This document shows, piece after piece, positions 51,911-59,605 of a stretch of 64,000 nucleotides of DNA. Made by a program: the position numbers and the translations under genes. The stretch is taken from positions 10,737 through 74,736 of the forward strand of contig CAYLZG010000005.1 of assembly GCA_964387985.1 (NCBI GenBank), read 5' to 3'. The notes beneath the pieces are model-generated. The model had not been told where the DNA came from and made no database searches. It was given only the letters and a program-made list of their open reading frames with translations. The DNA comes from an uncultured Anaerolineales bacterium (GTDB lineage: Bacteria; Chloroflexota; Anaerolineae; CG2-30-64-16). How positions within the stretch are numbered: the first letter of the stretch is position 1; the number at the start of each line of letters is the position of its first letter.

Positions 51911-52147
51911 TGGGCACTTCAGTGCCTCGTACTGGCCGGAGGGCGCTGAAGCGCCTACTACGAACCACGGACGGCGCTGAAGCGGCGCAGGTTTGTAGTG
52001 GGCACTTCAGTGCCTCGTACTGGCCGGAGGGCGCTGAAGCGCCTACTACGAACCACGGACGGCGCTGAAGCGGCGCAGGTTTGTAGTGGGCACTTCAGTG
52101 CCTTGTATGGGCCGGAGGGCGCTGAAGCGCCTACTACGAACCACGAC
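51903..52147. repeat. 88-bp tandem direct repeat x ~2.8, each unit containing a 24-nt-arm imperfect hairpin (GTTTGTAGTGGGCACTTCAGTGCC ... GGCGCTGAAGCGCCTACTACGAAC)
   Basis: Unit starts at 51903, 51991, 52079 (period 88 bp, near-identical); arms pair with G:U-compatible mismatches; intergenic between dnaC-like and terS-like genes. Confidence 0.85.
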
Positions 52148-52166
52148 ATCACAAAGGAGAGAGCAC

Positions 52167-52511
52167 ATGGCAAGTTCCAACAACACGATCTGGGCGCAGG
52201 ATTTCAGCGCCAACCCCGAAGGGCAGGCGCAGGCCGAGCTGCCGCTGGCCGAGCTGGTCGGCGCGATCGGGCGCGAGCGGGTGGTCTATCCGCCGGGCGG
52301 CGATAATGCCCTGGCGATGACCCGGAGCGAGGTGCTCGCGCGCACGCTGTGGACGCGGGGGGTGCTGGACGGCGATCTGACCGCCATCAAGCTGCTGGTG
52401 GAGCTGCTGGCGGGGCGGGGTCCGGCGGATGAGACCGGACGCACGTTGATCCACGCCGATGACATGGCGCTGGCGGAGGCGTTGGTGCGCGAGGCGGTGG
52501 GCGATGAATAG
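52167..52511 (+). CDS. putative terminase small subunit / small phage DNA-binding protein
   Basis: 114 aa from ATG 52167 (AAAGGAGAG RBS); immediately upstream of and overlapping terminase large subunit start; assignment positional. Confidence 0.35.
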   Translation: MASSNNTIWAQDFSANPEGQAQAELPLAELVGAIGRERVVYPPGGDNALAMTRSEVLARTLWTRGVLDGDLTAIKLLVELLAGRGPADETGRTLIHADDMALAEALVREAVGDE

Positions 52512-54243
52512 GCCGATTGATGTCGTAGGGGCGGGGTCTCCCCGCCCGGGTTCCGGCCCGACGTCCGTAGGGGCGGGGTCTCCCCGCCCGGGTTCCGGCA
52601 GCCCGCATCTGGCGCCCGGGCGGGGAGACCCCGCCCCTACAGATGGTGCGCTGTGGCTGGCCTGCTCGCAGTCGCCGGCGTTCTTCCTCACCCGCTACGG
52701 CTCCGTCTACGACCCGCTCGCCCGGGGCTGGACGCCGTTTCACCTCTGGCCGAGCCAGGTGAGCGCGCTCGGCCGGCTCGAACGGGGCCGCCTGGCCGTC
52801 ATCCTGAAGGCCCGGCAGCTCGGCATGTCGTGGCTCACCGTCGGCTTCGCCCTCTGGCAGATGCTCTTCCGCCCGGCCGCCACGGTGCTGCTCTTCTCGC
52901 AGCGCGACGACGAGGCGGTCCACCTGCTCACATTCCGCCTGCGGGGCATGTACGACCGGCTGCCGCCGCTGTTCCGGGCCCGCGCCATCACCCGGGACAA
53001 CGCGCACGAGTTCCGCCTGTCGAACGGCTCGGCCGCCCTGGCCTTCCCAACCACCGGCGGCCGCTCGTATACGGCCTCGCTGGTCATCGTGGACGAGGCT
53101 GACCATGTGGGCAGCAGTGCGACCGGGGGAGCCGGCAGCCAGGACCTGGACGGCCTGCTCAACGCCGTCAAGCCGACCATCGACGCCGGGGGCCGGCTGG
53201 TCCTGCTCTCGACCGTCGACAAGACCCGCCCGGAGTCGCCCTTCAAGCGCATCTACCGGGCCGCCGTGCGGGGCGAGAACGATTACACGCCCATCTTTCT
53301 GCCCTGGCACGCGCATCCGGCGCGCACGCCCGAGTGGTATGCAGCGCAGGCGCGCGACATCGAGGCGCGCACGGGCGGGCTCGACGACCTGCACCAGGAG
53401 TATCCGGCCACCGACCTCCAGGCGCTGGCCCCCCGGGCGGTGGACAAGCATTTCCCGGCGGGCCTGCTGGAGCCGTGCTATGTGCCGCTGCCACCCATCC
53501 AGATGCGCGACGACGAGGTGGCTGCGCTGCAGGCTCATGCGGACGCGGCCCAGTTGGCCTGGTATCAGCAGTATGCCCGGGAGGATGAGAGGACCGGCGC
53601 CCGGCTGCCCATGCCGCATGCCGACCGCATCCCGTTGCCCCGGGAGATCCCCGGCCTGACGCTGTACGTGCCGCCCCTGGCGGGCCATTACTACGTGATC
53701 GGTGCGGACCCGGCCGGCGGCAACCCGCAATCGGACGAGAGCGCGGCCGTCGTGCTGGACACCGACACGCACGCACAGGTGGCGGTCCTCGGCCTGCGCT
53801 GTGACCCGGGGCTGTTTGCGGCGCACCTGGGCCAACTGGGCCGCCTCTACAACGGGGCGGAGATCCTGGTAGAGCGCAACAATCACGGCCATGCGGTGCT
53901 GCAGATGCTGCGGGGCAGCCAGGGGGTCGTCTACGGTCCCGACCATGCGCCGGGCTGGCTGACCACCGGCGCGAGCAAGGCGCAGGCCTTCGCCCATGCC
54001 GTGTCCGCCCTGCGCGATCGGGCGCTGGTCATCCACGACGAGCGCACCTACTGGCAGCTCGCGTCCATCGACGGCGGCACGCTGGCCGCACCGCCTGGTG
54101 AGCACGACGACCGGGCCATGGCCTGCATCCTGGCGCTGGCCGCCAGCGAGTTCTGCGGCGCCCATCGCCCCGTCCCGCCGCCCGTGGTCAGGCCCAGGCG
54201 GCGGCGGGACGAGTGGGCGGCGACGTGGGATGAGTTGTTCTGA
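52504..54243 (+). CDS. phage terminase large subunit (ATPase + nuclease)
   Basis: Walker A-like KARQLGMSWL, Walker B VIVDEADHV, C-terminal RNaseH-like nuclease region with conserved acidic residues; N-terminal 45 aa are encoded by the repeat cluster so true start is uncertain. Confidence 0.7.
   Translation: MNRPIDVVGAGSPRPGSGPTSVGAGSPRPGSGSPHLAPGRGDPAPTDGALWLACSQSPAFFLTRYGSVYDPLARGWTPFHLWPSQVSALGRLERGRLAVILKARQLGMSWLTVGFALWQMLFRPAATVLLFSQRDDEAVHLLTFRLRGMYDRLPPLFRARAITRDNAHEFRLSNGSAALAFPTTGGRSYTASLVIVDEADHVGSSATGGAGSQDLDGLLNAVKPTIDAGGRLVLLSTVDKTRPESPFKRIYRAAVRGENDYTPIFLPWHAHPARTPEWYAAQARDIEARTGGLDDLHQEYPATDLQALAPRAVDKHFPAGLLEPCYVPLPPIQMRDDEVAALQAHADAAQLAWYQQYAREDERTGARLPMPHADRIPLPREIPGLTLYVPPLAGHYYVIGADPAGGNPQSDESAAVVLDTDTHAQVAVLGLRCDPGLFAAHLGQLGRLYNGAEILVERNNHGHAVLQMLRGSQGVVYGPDHAPGWLTTGASKAQAFAHAVSALRDRALVIHDERTYWQLASIDGGTLAAPPGEHDDRAMACILALAASEFCGAHRPVPPPVVRPRRRRDEWAATWDELF
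52525..52640. repeat. G-rich palindromic repeat cluster: 2 direct copies of GTAGGGGCGGGGTCTCCCCGCCCGGGTTCCGGC (period 42) plus 1 inverted copy
   Basis: Copies at 52525-52557, 52567-52599 and inverted 52615-52640; each contains internal palindrome GGGGCGGGG-TCT-CCCCGCCC; located at terS/terL junction. Confidence 0.8.
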
Positions 54244-54250
54244 GCGCCCG

Positions 54251-54311
54251 GTTTGTAGTAGGCGCTTCAGCGCCTGCTCGCACTCGAGGCGCTGAAGCGC
54301 CTACTACAAAC
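54251..54311. terminator. perfect 24-nt-arm inverted repeat GTTTGTAGTAGGCGCTTCAGCGCC-N13-GGCGCTGAAGCGCCTACTACAAAC between convergent genes
   Basis: Member of the same hairpin family as 51903-52147 and 61735-61795; lies between terL stop (54243) and convergent oxidoreductase stop (54420). Confidence 0.55.
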
Positions 54312-54419
54312 ATAGAAACAGCGGGCGAGCGCAGTCCGCCCCGCTTGGCGACGGGTTGTGTCCCTCCCGCTGGAAGCTCTCGACTTATTCGAGCCACTAT
54401 ACCGCACGAACTCTGCGGC

Positions 54420-55475
54420 TTACAGGCCGCGCCAATCCAGGTCCAGCGCGGCGCGGCGGCGCCCCGATTCCACCATCGCCTCGATGATGACATCCACGTT
54501 GAAACCGTCCACGACATCAGGATGGCTTTGCTCGCGCCGCGCGAGACAGCCGTTGATGTGAGCCAACTCGAGATCGAACGGGTTGACAGGCGCGAAGCGG
54601 TACTCGGTTGCGGCCTCGGTGGCGTTGTCATAGTGGACGAGCAGCGCGCCGTTGTTCTCGGGCTGGTCCCAGCGCACGAAGTAAAGTTCCAGCCGCCCGT
54701 TGACGCCGTTAAGCTCCACGCGCTCATCCCAGGAGTTGCGCTCGTAACCGATCCGTTCCAGCGGGTGGGTTGCGGCTTCCAGCGTGACAGCCAGGCCGCC
54801 TGGATACTCGAAAAGCGCGAGCGCCTTCCGGTCGAAGCTCGACTGTGGAATGTAATCCACATGCGCGTAGAGGCTCTGCGGCCGGCCCAGCAGGTGGAGC
54901 GTCATGTCGATCATGTGGCTGGCCGCACACTTGATGACAGCGCCGCCGTACTTGTCGATGACCCAGCCTGCGGGATTGCCCTCCGCCACTTCATAGTAGT
55001 TACCCCACTTCTGGTAGGCCCTGACGTGGCCGCTGAACAGCCGCCCCAGCAACGGCAGCAGTTCCTTGGCCTTCTGCACCATGGGGAAGAAGCGCTTCAT
55101 GTACGCGGTAAAGAAAAGCCGGTTGGCGGCGAGCGCAGTCCGGGCGACATCGGTGGCCTCCGCCGCACTGTCCATCAGCGTCTTCTCGCAGACCACATCC
55201 TTGCCGGCAGCCAGCGCCGCCATGACGATGGGATGGTGATAGCGGGAATCGGTGAGCACATCCACAACTGTGACCTCCGGGTCGGCGATGAGGTCACCGT
55301 AGTCGGTCGAGAAGCGCGCGCCGGTGGCTTCCACCCAGGGCTGTGCGGCCTCAGGGCGCAAATCAGCGATGTGCGCGATGGTCGCGCCGGCCTTCATGAG
55401 TCCGTTGAAATGAAAGCGGGAGATGTTCCCGCAGCCGACGATGCCCCACTTGGGGGCGCCCGGGCTGGCTAGCAT
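54420..55475 (-). CDS. Gfo/Idh/MocA family NAD(P)-dependent oxidoreductase
   Basis: 351 aa; N-terminal WGIVGCGNISRFH Rossmann motif; C-terminal alpha/beta domain. Confidence 0.8.
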   Translation of the reverse strand: MLASPGAPKWGIVGCGNISRFHFNGLMKAGATIAHIADLRPEAAQPWVEATGARFSTDYGDLIADPEVTVVDVLTDSRYHHPIVMAALAAGKDVVCEKTLMDSAAEATDVARTALAANRLFFTAYMKRFFPMVQKAKELLPLLGRLFSGHVRAYQKWGNYYEVAEGNPAGWVIDKYGGAVIKCAASHMIDMTLHLLGRPQSLYAHVDYIPQSSFDRKALALFEYPGGLAVTLEAATHPLERIGYERNSWDERVELNGVNGRLELYFVRWDQPENNGALLVHYDNATEAATEYRFAPVNPFDLELAHINGCLARREQSHPDVVDGFNVDVIIEAMVESGRRRAALDLDWRGL

Positions 55476-55509
55476 GTCATCCTCCTCCCGTGCTCCCGCA
55501 CGGTCTCAA

Positions 55510-56562
55510 TCACAGCGAGAAGTCAACCATCACCTTGATGGTCTCCGAGCGCGCAGTCGCCGCAAACTGGACGGCTTCGGGCACGCGGTCGAACGGATAG
55601 ACGTGCGAGATGAAGAGGTCCGGGTCTATCACGCGCGTGGCCAACAGCTCGAGCGCCTGCGGCCAGCCGAGGTTGGGAACGGAATGCACGCCCCGCAGTT
55701 GCAGCCGGTTGAAATGAAACGCGTTGCCGTCCAGTTCGATCGTCTCCGCTCCGCCGAACTTGATGCCGTCGTACGTGATAATCCCCCCAAACCGGCACAA
55801 CTTCACCGCAGTGGCAATGGTCGACGGCGGCGCGGTGACCAGCACGCGGTCCAGGCCCTGCGGCTCGCGTTCACGAAAATAGGCTGTCACGTCCTGCTCA
55901 TCGTCGTACACGCAGTCGGTGACACCAAGCTTGCGCGCGGCGGCCCAGCGCGCGTGGGAGTGTGCGTGGCCCACGAGGTAGACCCGCGCTGCGCCCCGCA
56001 CCAGCGCGAGCCTGGCAATCATCAACCCGATCGGCCCCGGCCCGAACACCGCCACGCGGCCTGCCAGGGGGATTTCCGCCGCCTCGATCATGTCGATGGC
56101 CACCGTCAGCGGCTCGGCCAGCGCGCCCGCGCAGAAATCCACGTCGCCCAACGGGTAAAGCCCGGTGTAACGCACCTTGATATACTCCGCGAACCCACCC
56201 GGGGAGCGGTGATGGTCAAGGTTGGTGCAGTGCACGACGTTGCCGCGCTTGCACTGCTCGCAGACACCGCAGAAGGTGGAGTTCTCCACGACCACCCGGT
56301 CGCCGACCGCGTACCCGCGCACACCGCTGCCGACCTCGGCGACCGTGCCGGACAACTCGTGGCCGATAGGGCTCCAGTCTTGCGCCACAGTCTGCGCGAC
56401 GAGCACATCCCAGCCGCAGACGCCACACGCCTTGACCTGGACGAGCACCTCGTCGGCTGCGAGCGGCTCGATTTCAACTTCCCGGCTTTCGAACAGCATA
56501 GGGGCTTTGGTGAAAAAGGCTTGCATCAAGTATTTCCTTTCCTCGTGCGCGGATATGTCCAT
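55510..56562 (-). CDS. zinc-dependent alcohol/polyol dehydrogenase (MDR family)
   Basis: 350 aa; structural Zn Cys cluster CGVCEQCKRGNVVHC, catalytic Zn ligands, GPGPIGLM nucleotide motif. Confidence 0.8.
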   Translation of the reverse strand: MDISAHEERKYLMQAFFTKAPMLFESREVEIEPLAADEVLVQVKACGVCGWDVLVAQTVAQDWSPIGHELSGTVAEVGSGVRGYAVGDRVVVENSTFCGVCEQCKRGNVVHCTNLDHHRSPGGFAEYIKVRYTGLYPLGDVDFCAGALAEPLTVAIDMIEAAEIPLAGRVAVFGPGPIGLMIARLALVRGAARVYLVGHAHSHARWAAARKLGVTDCVYDDEQDVTAYFREREPQGLDRVLVTAPPSTIATAVKLCRFGGIITYDGIKFGGAETIELDGNAFHFNRLQLRGVHSVPNLGWPQALELLATRVIDPDLFISHVYPFDRVPEAVQFAATARSETIKVMVDFSL

Positions 56563-56567
56563 ACGGC

Positions 56568-59495
56568 CTACCCTGTTTCACCCAGTTTGACCGCCTCGAA
56601 CACCCGCATCCTGAACGCAAACATAACCAGTGCTGCCAGCGCGAGCACGAACATCGCGGCGAACAGCGCATAGATCGTATAGAGCGCAGGCCAGGGCAGG
56701 ATGATGCGGAAGGGCACCGTGCGGGCCTCGACCGTCGCGCCGACCTGCAGGAACGGGATGTATAACCGGCTCGCGGTCACGCCGAGGAGCGTGCCGGCCG
56801 CCCCGCCGGTGCCGAGCAAGACCAGCATTTCCCAGCCCAACAGGGTGGCAATCTGCTGTTTGTCCAGGCCGATGGCGGCGAGCACACCCAGTTCGATGTA
56901 GCGGCGGCGCAGCGAGAAGATAATGTGCAGGAAGAACCCCAGCACGGTGAGCAAGGCTGCCGCCGCGAAGCCGACCGACAGCACGCCGAACAACCCCTGG
57001 CGCTCGGGCCGCGCCTGCTCCGACTCGATCAGCTCCTCGGTGTGATCCGCCCGTTCGAGGGTGACGCCCAGCCGCTCCACGCCGGCGAGCACCTGCGCGG
57101 GGCGGGCCCCCGGCTCCAGCTTCATCCAGACACGATAGGGCAGCTGGAAGCCGGCCATATCCCAGATATAGTCCAGGTTGCCGACGAACAGCGACCCCGC
57201 CCGGTCATCCTCCGGATCCGGATACCAGCCGGGCCAGAGACGGAAGGTTCCGGCCACCCGGAACGGGATGCTCGCGTGGCCGTCCTCCAGGGTGACGATC
57301 ACCTGCACGCGGTCACCGATCCTGAGCGACTGCTCCTGCATGACGGATTCGGGCAGCAGGAGACTATCGCCGGATCCGGCGAGGGAGTTCATCAGCGTGC
57401 CGAGCGACTGGTCCGCAAAGTCGCGGCGCCAGAACGTGACCCGGCTGAAACCGACCCGTTCCACGCCGATCAGTTGGCCGGTGACGTTCCTGCCGCTGAA
57501 CCGGACGGTTCCCCGGTATGACCCGACGTGCGTGACCTCTGCCACACCGTCGAGCGCCGCATAGTTGGACATGGAACCGGAGGTATTCGGGACCGGCGCC
57601 GGCTGGGCTGCCTGCCCCCCGCGCGAACTCTCCGCCAGCTGCTCGAAGCCAGCCGAAGGCGACGTCCCTTCCATCTCCACGATCGTCAGGTCGCTGCCCA
57701 CGCGATAGCGCACCCGGTCGAGCATGTTCTGGTCGAGCGTTGCGGCGAGCGAGGCGGTGAAGGTCGCCAGGGCCAGCGTCAGGACCAGCAGCAGGAGCGG
57801 GGTCGCGTAGAAGCCGGGTGTGCGTGCCAGTTGGCGGGTGGCCAGGACGAGGGACACGCCGGGCACGGGGCCCAGCAGCCAGGCCAGGCCGCGCAGCAGC
57901 AAGGGCATCAGCCGGAGCAGGAGCAGGGCGACTGCGATCATGGCAAAGGCCGGGACCAGGAACAGCAGCGGATTGCCGAAGGCGTCCTCGCTGACCGTAG
58001 CCAGGGCGGCGGGAAGGGCGATGGCGCCCTGCCCGCGGAGCAGGTAGGTGCCGTAGGCTGCAGGGATAAGCAGCAGGACGTCGAGCCAAGCGCGCTGCCA
58101 CCGGGGCGCGGCCAGGCTGCGGGCGCGCTGCTGCTTGTAAGTGATGATGGTGTGGCGCGCGGCGCCAAAGACCGGCAGCACGATGACGAGGACCGCCAGG
58201 AGCACTGCGACTGCGCCGATGCGAAGCGCAGCCGGCGTGACCTCGACCGGAATGCCGGTGGGGTTATCGAACGCCAGGAAGCTGCGCGTCAGGCCCATCA
58301 GCTTGGCAACGTAGATCCCGAGCAGCAGCCCGGTCGCGGCGGCCAGCCCGGCCAGGATGACGGCCTCCACGCCCGCGATGCCGACGACTTGCCATGCGCT
58401 GGCCCCGCGGCTGCGCAGCACCGCCGTCTCGTTGCGCCGGTTGTCCACCATCAACCCGGCCACGAGGGTCAGGAAGGCAAACAGCAGCAGCAGCATGGGC
58501 GTGCTGAACGCCAGCAGCTGCACGGTGAGCTGGCGGCTCTTCCGTTGATATTGGTTGAGGGAACGTTCGGGCGAGGCTTCGAGCCGGGTGCCGGGCAGTA
58601 GCGTCTCGATATGGGTCTGGACGCGTGCCATGCGCTCCAACAAGGCAGCGACCGTATCGGATCGCACCGGGGCATCGTCGAAGTGCATGTACCACTGGGC
58701 CACCGCAGTGTCGCCCACGAGCGTAGGGGTCACGAACGCGGCGAAGTTACGCTCCGTCGTCAGCAGCACGGAATCGAACACATAGGGGTCGGTGAACCAG
58801 TAGGTCTCGTTCCGGTCGTTCGGCGCCCAGATGCCGGTGATTACCGCCAGCATCTGGCCGCGGAAGCCCGCCACCTTGTTTGCGTAGACAACGTACCGCT
58901 CGCCCACCTGCAGCCCCAACTCGTTGGCCGCGCTCTGGCTGATCAGGACCTCGACCGGATCGCCCGGCCCGGCCATCTCCTGCGGCCAGCGCCCGTCCAG
59001 CGAGACGTGCTCCGGCAGGTCGCTCAGGTGGCCGAGCGACAGGTACGTCAGAGCCTGCTGCCCGGCATCGTAGGTGGCCGTGCGGCTGGAATCGCCGCCC
59101 GTGGCAGGGAAAACCGGGAAACTGTCCGTACTGAAGTAGCGCACATAAAGCCGACGCGGCAGGCCCAGGATGCCCGGCACCTCGTCCGTCATGTACCGGT
59201 CCGCCGGTTCCAGGTGCGTCCACATATCCGCACCCGGATCCACGTTCCCGCGCGCGACGAAGCGGAACAGGAAGGCGAACGCGGGTTTGCGCCAGCCTGC
59301 GCTCCGCCCGATTTCGGTCGTGAGCACCTGGTGATACACTGCATCGGTATACAGCGGCACGCCCAACGTAAAGGCCACGATGACGGTTAAGCCAAACGCG
59401 GCCGCCATAGCCAGCCCGCGGCCGGACCACAACCGGCGGACCGCAACGATGAAGACGGCCAAGACAGCGGCAAGGGAGTCAAGCATGAGGCACAA
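56568..59495 (-). CDS. FtsX-like ABC transporter permease family protein (large, MacB-type, 975 aa)
   Basis: Multiple TM helices bracketing large extracytoplasmic domains, repeated FtsX-type 4-TM modules; no ABC ATPase gene adjacent. Confidence 0.55.
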   Translation of the reverse strand: MCLMLDSLAAVLAVFIVAVRRLWSGRGLAMAAAFGLTVIVAFTLGVPLYTDAVYHQVLTTEIGRSAGWRKPAFAFLFRFVARGNVDPGADMWTHLEPADRYMTDEVPGILGLPRRLYVRYFSTDSFPVFPATGGDSSRTATYDAGQQALTYLSLGHLSDLPEHVSLDGRWPQEMAGPGDPVEVLISQSAANELGLQVGERYVVYANKVAGFRGQMLAVITGIWAPNDRNETYWFTDPYVFDSVLLTTERNFAAFVTPTLVGDTAVAQWYMHFDDAPVRSDTVAALLERMARVQTHIETLLPGTRLEASPERSLNQYQRKSRQLTVQLLAFSTPMLLLLFAFLTLVAGLMVDNRRNETAVLRSRGASAWQVVGIAGVEAVILAGLAAATGLLLGIYVAKLMGLTRSFLAFDNPTGIPVEVTPAALRIGAVAVLLAVLVIVLPVFGAARHTIITYKQQRARSLAAPRWQRAWLDVLLLIPAAYGTYLLRGQGAIALPAALATVSEDAFGNPLLFLVPAFAMIAVALLLLRLMPLLLRGLAWLLGPVPGVSLVLATRQLARTPGFYATPLLLLVLTLALATFTASLAATLDQNMLDRVRYRVGSDLTIVEMEGTSPSAGFEQLAESSRGGQAAQPAPVPNTSGSMSNYAALDGVAEVTHVGSYRGTVRFSGRNVTGQLIGVERVGFSRVTFWRRDFADQSLGTLMNSLAGSGDSLLLPESVMQEQSLRIGDRVQVIVTLEDGHASIPFRVAGTFRLWPGWYPDPEDDRAGSLFVGNLDYIWDMAGFQLPYRVWMKLEPGARPAQVLAGVERLGVTLERADHTEELIESEQARPERQGLFGVLSVGFAAAALLTVLGFFLHIIFSLRRRYIELGVLAAIGLDKQQIATLLGWEMLVLLGTGGAAGTLLGVTASRLYIPFLQVGATVEARTVPFRIILPWPALYTIYALFAAMFVLALAALVMFAFRMRVFEAVKLGETG

Positions 59496-59605
59496 TGCCC
59501 TAACTGGCTGACCCAGTGTGATATATTGCGCTTATTATAGATGCACCGGGCCGAGGACGGTAATCCCCCGGAACACATGCCCGTTCACAAAGTAAGGAGC
59601 AAAAC

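Noticed and set aside
51903-52147. Possible CRISPR array
   Set aside because: The units are contiguous 88-bp near-identical repeats with no unique spacers between them, and no cas genes are nearby. It is a tandem repeat, not a CRISPR.
49080-54320. Integrase/recombinase and tRNA attachment site for the phage-like element
   Set aside because: No ORF with tyrosine or serine recombinase features, and no tRNA-like sequence in the flanks. Hence it is described as a remnant or satellite rather than an intact prophage.
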